A stretch of 64,000 nt of DNA from Eledone cirrhosa (GCA_964016885.1 OZ024741.1:318990001-319054000); one strand, 5' to 3'. Counted from the first letter of the stretch, positions 31,101 through 43,569 are shown. Translations and numbers: made by a program. The notes: generated from the letters alone by a model not told the origin.

Positions 31101-34100
31101 TAAAGATTTGTTTGATGTGTGTCTTAAGATAGAGTTGCGAAGTTTTGTGAGCATGTGTTCCAGAGACTTCTGGTCATAGAGACGGCTGTAAAGGTTTGAG
31201 ATTTGCAGGGCTCGGCGGACACGCTGGGCAGCAATAGCATGGCACTGTTTGGCAAAATGGGTGCTGAGGATATCCAGTTGGGCATTTGCTTTCTCAGATA
31301 ACTTGCGAAACAGAAAAACAGCAGTATTTGTTCGGCAAGAGAGCGTAGTGGCAGCCTGTGACTGAAATAGAGACAGATTAAAATAAATAAATAAAAATAT
31401 CATCTGTATAATAGCAATATATATTATAAATTTATCATCATTTAATGACTGGTTTTCGATGCTACCATAATATGAGCTACCATTCTCCCAGAGAGGCAGA
31501 GGGACATGTCTCGCGTACTTACTTTCTGCTTTTGGCAGTTTCTATAGCTGGATACATTTCCTAACACCAACCACTGTATAGTGTACTGGGTACATTTTAT
31601 AATGACATTACCACAAGGGAAATTTTATTGTCCATGACAACTGAAAAGTCTTCTTGACCCCCTTTTTGCTATGATTTCTATAGTTGGATGCCATTTCCCC
31701 AAAGCAACCACTTTATGGAGTGCACTAGAATCATTTCATTATGGCACCAGCATTAGGGAGGTTGTCGTGCCCTTGATACAAATGAGTCTTTTCAGGGTTT
31801 CTATAGCTGAATGCCCTTCCTTACATCAACCACTTTACATAATGTACTGGGTGTATTGTATTATGGCACCAGCACCAAGGAATAGTTCTCTCCACCCTAG
31901 AGGATGGTTTCTATGATTGGATATGCTGTCTAACGCCAACCAATTTATATCAACATACAGATTGCTGAAGCTCACAGAGGAGATGACGAAGGACCAAGAC
32001 AAGTGGAGAGATGCTGTGCTGAATAGGACCCGTCCCACCCTTGCAAGCAGGAAAAAGCGGACATAAAATGGTGATGATGATTTATGGAAATAAAAATTAG
32101 AATTTATGATATTCATGCTTTTATCAGAGATATTAGCGAATAACATTATCATATCACCTACTCTCAACCTGTTCTCACATTATTTCAAACATATACAACA
32201 GAACAACATATCTTGTTAACATTGCATCTGTAGTTGTACCACCAGAAGAACTTCTTCACTGTCCTTGACCAAAGTACTTAACTTCTGCTGCTAACTGCAG
32301 CTATTTTAATACATGCAGCACCCTATCTGTATCTTGCATAACAGCTGGAAGATGAAAGCAACTAGAGTGAATGTTTTCTTATTCAGCAGCCAGTGCAGGT
32401 AATGGATGCAAGTGGTGTAGGAATGGGTGTAGTGAACTCCTTAACCATACAGCCATGCCCAAGTTTGGATAATCTAAGAAAGCAACTTAAGATATAAATC
32501 GATCAGCACAGTGGGAAAACATTAATCTTGAAAATTGACATTCATGAATCATTTTTGGCTTGAATATTTGATTTAACCCAAAACAAAACTACCTATTTTA
32601 AAGGATTCTTATCTATATATCTAAAACAGAGATTGTCTGTCTGACTCCCTAAAACTCAAGAACCACCCAACCGATTGTTTTCAAACTTTACACATGTAAT
32701 ATCTATGGTCCTGTGAGTGTTTTGAGCAAAAAATATTTCAAATTTTCAATGCCCTAGGGACCGCATTAGGCGATTTAGCGATCTCTCTCTATAATTCTTA
32801 GTCTTTCTTTTTAGATAGATACATAGATATAACGTTGTGCCCTTATAATATCTGTCTGTATGTCTGCATTACAACATTATGACGCTCTATGTGTGTGTGT
32901 GTATATATGTATATATATAGTGTGTATGTGTGTATATATATATATATAGTGTGTAACGTTTTTCAAAGTATTTACTTCTGCGTTCACAGGTTGATTTTTT
33001 TAGTTTCAGAAGGTACTGTTAAGGGTGAAAGCAGCGATTCTTTGCTTAAACTTTAATCTGTTATTTTAATATATATATATATATAATTATATATTCGTGT
33101 ACAGATATTTTTACATACACAATAACAAAATATAAACAAATGTATTTATTTCACGAGGCTCGATAAGGATAAATATATATCTATATATATAAAACCGAGG
33201 ATGTCTGCCTGTGTGTGTGTGTCTGTGAGTTTGAATCCCTAAAACTCGAGAAGTACCCAACCGATTTTTTTCAAACTTTACATGTGTACGAGGTGTATCA
33301 GAAAAGTTCCAGGACTGATGTCACAAAAGATTTATTTCAAACCCAAACTTCACACAAAGAGTTTTCTCCTTCAAAGTAATCCCCCTGGAGTATGTAACTG
33401 TAATCTTAGCTCTCTGCAGCAATCAAACTTTTTTCTTCATAATTTTATATACATGTCCTCTGTTTCAGGTCGTCAAACAATGAGCACAGAGCAAGGAACA
33501 AACTTGAAGTTTCTGGTATGGTTGGGGAAAACTCTGTCAGAAGCACTGGGATTTCTGCAGCAAGTGTATAGAGATGAGACGATGTCACGCTCACGTGTTT
33601 TTGAGTCGGGCAGATGGTGCATAGCGATCGTCGGCTGACTGTTTGACTGATGGCAAATGAGCTGGGCATGAATTGGGACAGCGTCTGGAAGATTCTCACT
33701 GAAGATTTGGACATGCTGAAAGTCTGCGCGAAGATGGTACTAAAACTGCTGAACGATGACCAGAAGGGTCGACGCATGCAAGTGTACCAGGACATCCTCG
33801 AGCGTCTTGAAACCGAACCAGACTTGCTAGGGACAGTCATCACCGGTGATGAGTCATAGATCTTCGAGTACGACTTGGAGGGGACCCGTTTTGAAGACGT
33901 GGACGACATCAAAAAGGCTGTGACGACAGAACTGCGGAGGATTCCGGAAGAATCCTTCCAGGAATGCATGCAAGCGTGGCAGAAAAGGATGGAAAAGTGC
34001 ATTAGACTCCAGGGGGGATTACTTTGAAGGAGAAAACTCTTAGTGTGAAGTTTGGGTTTGAAATAAATCTTTTGTGACATCAGTCCTGGAACTTTTCTGA

Positions 34101-37100
34101 CACACCTCGTATTACTTGTTTCAGAGAGTGTTATGCACATAACTTTTTGATCCCCTAGGGCCCGGCCCGTATTAGGTGAAACACTGCAGTTTTTTCAGCT
34201 TTATAGGGCTTTTTTGAGGCGTTACGTCGAGCCGATTTTCCCTGAAATTTCAAAGCATATTATGCACATAAAAAAAAATTCATTTTCTTGATCCCCTAGG
34301 GCCCGGCCCGCATTAGGTGAAAACCTGCATTTTTCCTGCTTCATCAAGGAAAATCTTAAAGATTATCCAGCCATCAGAGTATTCGGTTTATTTTCTTTAC
34401 ATATTGTCCAGGCATGCAGTTTTTCCACGATTAGGTCTGTTGGCGGCCCGGGTTCCAATATACCTTATCCCGTGCAACGCCGGGTACCATTGCTAGTCAA
34501 ATATATAAGAACCCTGGAGCAAATATTATTCTCATTGCTGACGAGGCAGAAGGGGATATACACGATTGGCTGAAGGACGAGACTGTGTTAGTAGTACGAC
34601 CAACAAAAAAGAGAGGGAACGCAATTACATGCTTTTGAACAATCCTAATCGAAAATTATTTGCCTATTCACTTTTTATTAGGACTTCTGCATCAATTGTT
34701 GCACATATGGCGAAACTGTTTCAGAAAGGAGGGATAAACATGCCAATCTATGTTTAAAATCCCGAGTAACGCTATTCTGCTAGTCTATATATCTAAAAAA
34801 AAAAAAGAATGTCTGTCTGTCTGTCCCCCTAAAACTCGAGAACCACACAACCTATTTTTTTCAAACTTTACACATGTAATACTTATTGTCATGTGAGCAA
34901 AAAATATTTCAAATTTTCAATGCCCTAGGGACCGCCTTAGGCACAAAACCCTGCATATTTTAGGCTTTAAAGGCTTTTTTTAGGCACAATGGAACAATAA
35001 TCCAGGCGATTTCTTCAAAATTTGCATTACTTATGCCGTTTAAAGTAAAAAAAGATTTTCTCATTTTTTGCCCCAGAGACTGCATTAGGCGAAAAACCGA
35101 TTTTTAAATGCATTTTGGTTGCGTTAGGGCCTGTAACTCGAGAAGTACCCAACCGATTTTTTAAAAACTTTGCATATGCATTACTTCTGTTTCACAAATT
35201 TTCTTGACTGAAAAAGATTTCAAATTTTTGCCCAGGGACCGCATTGTTTAACATTTTGGTTGCGTTAGGGCCTGTAACCTTAAAAGTATCCAACTAAATT
35301 CCTTCATCCTCTCCACCACCGCAGTCCCACATGCTTACTGCTCTGTAACTATTGCTTTCATTGTACCATAGCACAACAAATACATGTTCGGTTTGTCGAA
35401 TGCCTCTTTACCTAACCCTATCGTCTTGGCTTTCGTGGGTTGAACATTTTACTCTCAGGTACCCAATCTACGAGGAATTATTTTTTATAAGCACAAAATG
35501 TGTAGACACCATCCCCAGGCCGAGGTATTCCGTACCTCTCTGTACTGTTTCAGAAAGGGGGGATAAACATGCCAATCTATGTTTAGAATCCCGAGCAACG
35601 CCAGGCCATTCTGCTAGTCTGAATTAAAATCTTCCAACATTTTTATGTCCACTTTTCCTTAGTAATGAAATAATTAACAATTTTAGCAGACTTCTCAAAA
35701 CTCTCCATTAATTGAAATAGAGTGTATTTTATTGGGGGTTAAATAATTGGCAAACAAGTCTCAAGGGGTGACCTTTCATCAGTGGTAGATGGAATGTAAA
35801 CAATGGAATCAACATTTTCAAACATTCTCTGTAAGTCGTATATATTTATACACATACATATTAATACAACTTGATCACCTACAAATCAGGTGAGTACACT
35901 AGCCAAATGGATTTTATCCTCACCAGAAGACAAAACAGATTGATGGTTGTAAACAACAAGTCCCTCTCTGGTGAGGAATACATCAATCAACATAATTAAG
36001 TTGTTAGTGACTTTAAAGTTAGAGACAGTAATAAATTTAAAGGTATCTTGTGTCACGGTTTTGAGAGTAAGGGAGAAAAGATACAGACTTGCAATATAGA
36101 GGAACAGTGGGAGTTCCTGCGAGATAATCTGCTGAAGGCCCCAAACAAGATATATGGCTGGAGCAGGGCTCCAAGGAGAAGGCGGGGACTTGGTGGTGGA
36201 ACAGTAAGATAGATGAAACAATTAAGGCTTAGAAACAGGCAGGGAAAGCAGAGAAAAATACCAAGAAGGGAAGTGGAAAACAAAACCTTTGTGCATAGGA
36301 TTGAAAAGCAAAGTGTCAGGGAAAATCATAATGTGTCTGAAATAATATCGGAGCACTTGCCCTCATTGACACTGAAAAGAAAGAGGTATGGAAGTTCCAT
36401 TATGAGAGACTGTTGAATGAAGAGAATGCATGGGAAGATAGACTGCACTGCATTGGACCCAACAGAAGGACTAGCCATACAAGGCAGCTACAGCAGTGTA
36501 AGGATATAAAGTCAAGCAAAGCAACTGGACCATGGGAAATAGTTGCTGAGATGCTAAAAATATATGATGGTGCGTCACACCTTAACTACCTAAACCAAGT
36601 GATACAAAAGGTATCATACCTAATGACTAGCTTAGCAGCAGCATCGCCAACTGCTACTATATCATCATCATCACCGTTTTACGTCCGTTCTTCCACGCTA
36701 GCATGGGTTAGACGGGTTGTCCTGCTGTGGGCAGTGTCCGGTCGGCTGACCTTGTCTTGCTCATACGGGAACTGATTCTGGCTTGATTTCTACATCTGGA
36801 TGCCCTTCCTAACACCAACCTCATTTACAGTGAGTGCTGGGTGCTTTTTTCCGTGGCACCTACACGTCCACTTTACAGTGTGGGTTGGGTGCTTTTTTGT
36901 CGTGGCAACTCAACGACCACTTTGCAGTGGGAGGGTGCGGGGGCATATTGTCTATATGCTTCAGCTTGTACCCGTGGGGGTTGTGTCTTCTGTATTACTG
37001 CGCGACGCCAGAGGTCACTGCCGTGTGCCATCGCTTTTGAGATGTGCAATTGGGTAAGGTCGGCTTTTATCACCTCGTCCCAGGTCTTCTTGGATCTCCC

Positions 37101-39955
37101 CACTCCGCGGTTTCCATCGACTTCTAGTGCTCTGCACCTTTTTATGCAGCTGTCATCCTTCATTCGCATCACATGTCCATACCAATGCAACCGCCTTTCC
37201 TGCACACAGCATTTGATTCCTCTTATGCACAGTCTCTCTCTCTCAATTCATTCATGCTTTGCCGTTCGCGTATATTACTATTACACATCCATCGGAGCAT
37301 GCAGGCTTCGTTTCTTTCTAATCTAGTCAGCGCCCAGGTCTCACTACCATGTAACATTGCTGTTCGTATACACACATCATACAGTCTGCCTTTCATTTTG
37401 AGAGAAAAGCCTTTTGCAGCTAGCATAGCAGTGGCAGTAGCTCCCTAAACTTCTTATATATACATATATATATATATTATATGCACAGTCATGGCTGTGC
37501 ACCTAAGGACTTTGCAATGCATGGCAGCCTGGGCAAGTGTCTTCCAATATAGCCTATAAATAATCAATGCTTTGTAAATTTGGTAGATAGAAGCTGTGTC
37601 CATGACAACATGTGCCTGTTTGTCAGTGTTTATGTTTTGTAACTTAGCAGTTCTTCAAAAGATAATCAAAATAAGTACCAGAGCTGACGAAAATAAATCC
37701 CCTTAAAGACATTGCCTCAGTATGGCCAGTCTAATAACTGAACATTAGAGAATATCATGTAGTACATTAATTCTAATGCATCTTTTGTGTTGTACACTTC
37801 TGCTATACGAAATACACAAGCAACAGGAATATATAAACAGTTATATCTGTATGTTTGGGTTTACTAACACAAGGAAAAGTGCTCAATATCAAAGTAGAGT
37901 AGATTATATAACTAAGATCACTCCTACTGCAAAACTCAGAGTAGCAACAGAGAGTAGTCTCAATAATATAATATATATCACAGTTATATAATGATTTCTT
38001 TCTTCTTGATTTTTATTTATTAATTCAATATTTAATTTGGAAGTTTACTCCAAGGTGAAAGTGGAACCAGTCGCGTCTTCAGAATGTAGTGATGGATTGC
38101 GGCGTGGAGTGGAGGTTTGACTGAGTTGTAGCGGGGGGCCCACATGCAAGGTGAAATCCGCCCCGTCATTATGTCCTTCGTATTAAAATCACGAACAACT
38201 TCCGGTAATTTCCATGAGTGAAAAGGTGTGTGTATAGAGAGAGAGATTTAATTTTATCATCATAACCGTAATAACTACAACTTCAAATATGTTTACCTAC
38301 TAAATATTGCAGAATTTGAGGATATACATTTTTGAAGGGGTAGATTCCGATCATGTTGATAAATTTATTCTTGTTAATTTGTCATTTTCACTTATGGAAA
38401 TCACCAGTTGTTTGTGATCTTTAACGAAGGATTATTGCACAAAGCCGTCACTTGTTACCCAGAAGAACAGCTCTAGATATTTACAAAATAAATTAGTTTG
38501 GATGGCACTTATATATTCAGAAAAAAAAAAACTAGTGTGTGGAAATTAAATATTGGTTAGTTATAAATTATTTGATGTTATAACAAATGAACTTGGCTCC
38601 TTGATTTACTGTTGCTAGCAGAAACTAAGAACCTGACCTCTTGTAATGTTATAATGGCTCCTAACTTCTACTTTATTTTATAGACTTGCAGACGGATTAA
38701 AGACCAAGTTGACCTCGTTGGAATTTGAACTCAGAACGTAAAGAACCGTGGCTAAATACTGCAAAGCATTTTGTCGGACGTTCCAACGATTCAGCCTACT
38801 ATAATAATTGTTTCTACTTTAGGCACAAGGCCAGCAATTAACCAGTGCATTACTAGTACTTTATTTTATCGACCCCGTAAGGATGAAAAGCAAAGTCAAT
38901 AATGAAAAGTATCAATGTATATTAAATATTATAATACAGCAAACGAAGGAAGCCTTTACGCGATTGCTAGAAATAACAGCCAAATGATAAGTTTCATGAA
39001 TCATATATGACCTGGGGCTAAACCATTACTACTATTACTACTTATATATTCTTATCTACACCAAATTATATATATATATATATATATATTTTGTCAAACG
39101 AGTTTTATCTTATTGTACTTAGTTTCTGCTCCCCAAACATTCTATTTCACACAGTCAAACACAGATGTTCTATCCACGTGCAGTTTTTCTGTAGCAACTG
39201 GGTCAATCATTATAAATTATACATAATTTATATTAGTTATAAACAGTAATATCGAAGCTTTTGTTACCAATATTATATATATATATGTATGTGTGTGTGT
39301 GTAAATTGTTGTTACCGACATATATGTGTGTAAAAAAATAGTCAGCTTTTAGGCATGTGTTGCTAAAACACGACTAAGTTTCAGTTTTAACACTTTCATT
39401 AGATTTTTCTCGTGTATAAACAACAAAATGAACAGTTGATAAAGTAAAGTCCATGTCTATAGAATTAGTTGTTTTCTAATTAACTAATTACGAGTATCGT
39501 CTTCGACGTATTTTTAATATGCTGTTGTTTTTTTAAATGGGAAATTTCATGTAGCATAATAAATGACCCCTAAAACGTCAAGGAGACAAATAATTGTTTC
39601 TACTTTTGGCACAAGGCCAGCATTACCCAGTGCATTACTGGTACTTTATTTTATCGACATTGTAAGGATGAAAGGAGACAAATAATGCTATCGAGTGTGT
39701 AGTGAATTATTCCTAACACTATCCACATATATTTCTTTAGTTGAGATCAAAGTTCATTTATTGTACATAAAACATAGACTCTAATTATTCGGTTAAAGAT
39801 CACAGACAACTTCCGGTAATTTACATAAGGGAAAATGACAATTTATAAAAATATATATATATATTTATCAACATTATCGTAATCTGCATCCTCGAAAATA
39901 TATCTTCGCAAAAAATACATTAAGAAAGTTATGAGGAAAGAAAGTCAGGTGGAGG

Positions 39956-39986
<31 letters not shown>

Positions 39987-40670
39987 GCACAAGGCTTTGA
40001 TGTCTCGGCTTTTGTGGTACAATAATGTTGATATATTTTTCAATGCCATTTTTATTCACGGGAATCACCTGAAGTTATCTGTGATCTTAAAATGAAGTTC
40101 TGCTCGGTTGATTAGACACAAGTACACTAAAAATGATACACTAAAAATGATAAAAAATGATACAAGAAATAATTGTTTCTACTTTTGGCACAAGGCCAAC
40201 AATTACCAAGTGCATTACTGGTACTTTATTTTATCGACCCCGTAAGGATGAAAGGCAAAGTTAACCTTTCATCCTTGATACAAGAAATAATGAAATAATC
40301 AATCATAACGTTTTACATATTAAATTTTAGAAATTAATATATAATTTAGATATATAAATTGAGTTACGAGGTAATTATGTAATTTAGAATTTAGAGATAA
40401 GTTATAATTGTATAGTATAATTGAGATGATTTTAATTGTACATTTTAGTTATAATATATACTATATTGTTGATGCGTGTACGTGTTGTATAGAGACTGAA
40501 AAATGAAATAACATGGATTTGCGTGAGATGGATGAAATGAACAAAAATAATTTTACATGTCTTACCTGCTTTATAATACTTGCGCTCAAAACTTTGGTGA
40601 GAATGGACGAGTGTAGGAGATGGGTAAATACTGTCCGCATACCCAGTATTATGTGTTCTGTTGAAGACAT
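21997..40670 (-). CDS. STARD7: StAR-related lipid transfer protein 7, mitochondrial (PC transfer); complement(join(21997-22133,23240-23324,25411-25548,26678-26722,27229-27339,28444-28493,29710-29855,31033-31361,40566-40670)), 381 aa
   Basis: Peptides QCHAIAAQRVRRALQISNLYSRLY, FSWDKCRITNEELQ, LEVWRKPIENSHLYQYR, YRKIWDKLVIKLDIVDRDEESGSEIVHWITHFP, YPMYSREYVY, NGFDYVLTYSDDPQ and VPEFVEKLH match the STARD7 family. All phases are compatible and introns are GT-AG. Exon 1 assignment is less certain. Confidence 0.9.
22175..22590. repeat. Intronic AT-rich tandem repeat, about 100 bp (family B)
   Basis: Repeated aatgatttagcagaaaatatttaaaaa...aatgtttatagt...acagat; an inverted array lies at about 27585-27840. 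Confidence 0.65.
23240..23324 (-). CDS. STARD7: STARD7 exon 8
   Basis: NGFDYVLTYSDDPQAAFPMVAYNWMATT(G), donor gtatgt. Confidence 0.92.
24918..25305 (+). mobile_element. Short non-autonomous Helitron-like element
   Basis: 5' tctatactataagagctgtgtctgtc and 3' ...caggctacaactagt. Confidence 0.45.
25411..25548 (-). CDS. STARD7: STARD7 exon 7
   Basis: VDEKNKLMVMSSYSVNHPRCPLNSDFVRVNNYTSKMVVKPHSNFNE. Confidence 0.92.
25640..26640. repeat. Intronic minisatellite family A array
   Basis: About ten degenerate units of cacttatgtaggtttagc..gcctcctatgag.ttgtatc.cataggagg...ttttaatgataggggtccc. Confidence 0.75.
25807..26008. mobile_element. piggyBac-like MITE, second copy in opposite orientation
   Basis: TTAA TSDs 25803-25806 and 26009-26012; TIRs ccctttagcattta / taaatgctaaaggg. 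A partial third copy lies at about 9078-9180. Confidence 0.75.
26678..26722 (-). CDS. STARD7: STARD7 exon 6
   Basis: YPMYSREYVYTRRYN, cag/gtaagt. Confidence 0.92.
27229..27339 (-). CDS. STARD7: STARD7 exon 5
   Basis: VDLNYRKIWDKLVIKLDIVDRDEESGSEIVHWITHFP, cag/gtgagt. Confidence 0.93.
28444..28493 (-). CDS. STARD7: STARD7 exon 4
   Basis: (V)HGSFYDIPASAFFVIQ, 50 nt, cag/gtaagt. Confidence 0.88.
28655..29130. repeat. Intronic minisatellite, about 59-60 bp, with alternating variants
   Basis: About eight units of tttaggycaattac.tcc.a..gaggtyrgcctgc..gggaa.g.ctatactttactatytgtt. Confidence 0.8.
29710..29855 (-). CDS. STARD7: STARD7 exon 3
   Basis: VAEDISSANLKNMSTKDLKAKNWHKVINQPNLEVWRKPIENSHLYQYR. 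Confidence 0.9.
30560..31020 (+). mobile_element. RTE LINE 3' fragment abutting the STARD7 exon 2 donor
   Basis: ERKLHWYGHVMYMDDDHWLK...KGRLKKIW, gatgatg tail. Confidence 0.75.
31033..31361 (-). CDS. STARD7: STARD7 exon 2
   Basis: SQAATT...QCHAIAAQRVRRALQISNLYSRLY...FSWDKCRITNEELQ, donor gtaagt (phase 2). Confidence 0.9.
32612..35617 (+). mobile_element. Tandem array of non-autonomous Helitrons
   Basis: Repeated 5' ends tctatatat.taaaa...tgtctgtctg (about 32612, 33180, 34783) and 3' hairpin + CTAG|T ends (cccgtgcaacgccggg..gctagt about 34497; about 34783; cccgagcaacgccagg..gctagt about 35618). Confidence 0.75.
33289..34109 (+). mobile_element. Deleted mariner with about 103-bp TIRs, nested in a Helitron
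   Basis: TA TSDs; remnants of MSTEQGTNLKFLV.LGKT, KILTEDLDMLKVCAKMV, VITGDES and GDYFEG. Confidence 0.85.
35860..36660 (+). mobile_element. Highly decayed RTE LINE internal fragment
   Basis: ITYKSGE..SQMDFI, KATGPWEIVAEMLK; resembles 16300-17200. Confidence 0.65.
36660..37425 (-). mobile_element. RTE LINE 3' end
   Basis: KGRLYDVCIRTAMLHGSETW, RLHWYGHVMRMKDDSCIK, 3' UTR and (GAT)n tail. Confidence 0.85.
38174..38432. mobile_element. Foldback MITE, same family as 133-405
   Basis: tccttcgtattaaaatcacgaacaacttccggtaatttcc ... ggaaatcaccagttgtttgtgatctttaacgaagga. Confidence 0.55.
39787..40100. mobile_element. Foldback MITE, same family as 133-405
   Basis: ttcggttaaagatcacagacaacttccggtaatt ... 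gaatcacctgaagttatctgtgatcttaaaatgaa. Confidence 0.55.
40566..40670 (-). CDS. STARD7: Probable STARD7 exon 1 (targeting peptide)
   Basis: accATG, 35 codons MSSTEHIILGMRTVFTHLLHSSILTKVLSASIIKQ, CAG|gtaag phase-0 donor compatible with exon 2. Confidence 0.6.
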
Positions 40671-41939
40671 GGTATAATTTAAAGAAAACAAGTATTACTG
40701 CAATAGTTTGGGATAATCAAAAGTTCTTTTCTCGATGCAGTGTGATGATAATCCGTAAAGAAACAGTAATGTAGGGAAGACAAGCAATGCTGTGTTTCAA
40801 TACTATAAACTAATTACAAGGGCCTCGAATTAATTAACAGGTGTATATCGATATATAATTCTTCTGAGGTCTTCTGGTGTAATTTTCTAACAAGGGGAAC
40901 TCCAAGCTTTATACAGTTTAAGGCCTCACCAAATCTGAATCCAGCACCAAAGATACGCAAGTTTTATATATTTTAGGCGCTTACCAAATCTAAACCCGGT
41001 ACGAAAATCATCAAAGAAGGGTATATGACTTAGAAATGTAAAAAGAACTGTTGAAAAGATTAATGACGGGACAAAATTTGTAATACAGTATAACGTGAAC
41101 GGTGTTGTATGAAAGAACGGGAGAGAATATCGAGATGAAGTGAATCTACATATCTATGATGGGTGTGATCTGCTGGGTATCAACAGAACCATAGCACCAC
41201 TAGGACATTAAGTAGATCGCTAAAGCTAACTACTTAAGACTGCTATCTGACACAAAGTAAGCTTGGAATAAAAAAATAAAGGGAGACAGTTTGTAACATA
41301 TAAGGAAGACCAAGTAAATCTACATATCTATGATGAATGTGATGTGCCGGGTATCAACAGGACCACAGCACCACTATACACGTTAATAGATCACTAACCA
41401 ACTACTGTTGCTGGCTATCAGCTCAGAATAAAAGAAAAAACAACAAAAATAACCACCAGCGAGACTAAACTGGCCGATCTACTCACACATGTCTTATAGT
41501 ATCGATTTTACTGTCTTTCTTTCCTCCCCCTTTCTCACATTTCTTTCTTCCTTTCCCTCCCTCTCACTCACATTTTTTACTCCCTCTCCTACTTACATTT
41601 CTTCCTTTCTTCTTGTCTTACACTCACATATATTTCTCTCTCTTTCCCCTTTCACTCTTTATCCACACTCACATTTCTTACTGTTTCTCCTCACACCACG
41701 CATTCTCTCTTTCTCGTATTCACATATTTTTCATTCCTCTGTCTCACGTCTGTTTCTTCTCATCTATTTCTCTTTAAAATGTTCTAGTCATCAACTTTAT
41801 AGATCTTATTCATTTCTTTGAGGCAAATTCCTATAAACCTTCTCTATATAAATGAAAGTAAAATCAGATGATAGCAACAGATATTTAGTTTTATATACTT
41901 ATTTAAAAATGGGAAGGGAAAGGCAAGAGCTCTAGGGTC

Positions 41940-42200
41940 ACAGAAGAATGAGGAGGGGAAGGGGGCTCTGAGCCTAGGGCGCGGCGGTGTTGGGGCTGCA
42001 CCACGCGGACAAGACCGCAAATGCATTTTCTGCAGACAGTGGAGCGACACCCGCTGCAACAGCCACTCCATCTCGCTCATTTCTCAGACGGGCTGCTGAC
42101 GTTCCGATCTTGCGAAGGAGCAGCTTGGCAGTACGGGATCCGAGATACCTGAGGTCTTGATAGCGGCCAGATAATCCCCGATATTTGCTTGTCTCCTTAG
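41940..42200 (-). mobile_element. CRE-like non-LTR retrotransposon 3' relic (RLE C-terminus)
   Basis: KETSKYRGLSGRY..LGSRT..LRKIG and EMEWLLQRVSL..NAFAVL across frameshifts. Confidence 0.6.
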
Positions 42201-42958
42201 TAAACATAAAAAGCATTAAGGGATTTGAAATTTGAAAACATAGTCGCCACAATGTAGATAACTATAATAATTGTTTCTACTTTTGGCACAAGGCCAGCAA
42301 TTATCCCAGTGCATTACTGGTACTTTATTTTATCGACCCCGTAAGGATGATAAAATAAAGTACCAGTAATGCACTGGAATAATAGTTGATAACTAGAAAT
42401 AATATAATATAAAAGCTCTCATCCCTGATTGAGCATTGTTTTCCTTTTTCCTTTTTCACCCCTAAAGATATTTTCTACACACACACATATATATACACAA
42501 AATCTATTCAGTTCATCGATGGAGAAGAGATAGGTGAATGGTTCAAAATGGTTATCCCTGGATAGCATACTGCGTGTGTGAGTGAGAGATATATATGTGT
42601 GTGGAGAGAGAGAGATTTTTTTAAATGTGCATAAGAAACACGCCCACAGATTGTAAAGTCGACAGTACTAAAGGTCAATATCACTCGTGTAGTTCACTTG
42701 TATAAATTCTCGTCTTGCTTTGCTAGGAGTCCAAACGCGGCCCGCAAACTACTTTTCTCTGGCTCACGGCAGAACAATATTTTGTGACTAATATTTTCCT
42801 AAAACTTGGTAATTTGGAAAACTGCCCCCCCCCCTATATTTTGTACTAATTCATATATCCCACTTACTATCATAATAATAATAATAATGAAATTATTGTG
42901 TAAGGTGCTCAGGTGCACTACAACTCGTCAAAGGTGTATGTATAGTACATAGAATAAT

Positions 42959-43143
42959 TGTTTCTACTTTAGGCACAAGGCCAGCAATTACCCAGTGCAT
43001 TACTGGTACTTTATTTTATCGACCCCGTAAGGATGAAAGGCAAAGTCAACCTCGGCGGGATTTGAACTCAGATCGTAAAGGGACGTAACTATGCTGGAAA
43101 GCATGGCGTCCGACCCTCTACCGATACTGCCAATCCACCGCCA
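42959..43143 (-). mobile_element. Full-length tRNA-derived Nin-domain-type SINE
   Basis: A/B-box head, core and tail; 19-bp TSD gtatagtacatagaataat at 42940-42958 and 43144-43162. Confidence 0.9.
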
Positions 43144-43569
43144 GTATAGTACATAGAATAATACACAAATGTCAGGGAAGTACATGTGTATTCATTTTGA
43201 TGGAAAGAAATATAAATAAATAGCAACCTGTCAGCTGTATTGTAGATTAGCATTATACCTGGTGGAAATCGCGCTCCCTTACTCCCATCTCACTTTTGGC
43301 CCGTTGTACTTCTCCCTCCAGATATAAAGACCCTTTTGCGTCCTTGAGTTTGAGACCCCCGCTCTGCTCTAACTAACGAACACAACCCGTCCACCTTCCG
43401 ACTCCCGAAACCGTTTAGTTATCGTGAAAATCTTTATTCCACAAATTTCAATTTAATTACACATTTGCAATAATTTATTTTAATAATTGTTTCTACTTTT
43501 GGCACAAGACCATTACTGGTACTTTATTTTATCGACCCCGTAAGGATGAAAGGCAAAGTTAACCTCGAG

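Noticed and set aside
33445-34140. 231-aa minus-strand ORF
   Set aside because: It is the antisense reading of a mariner remnant.
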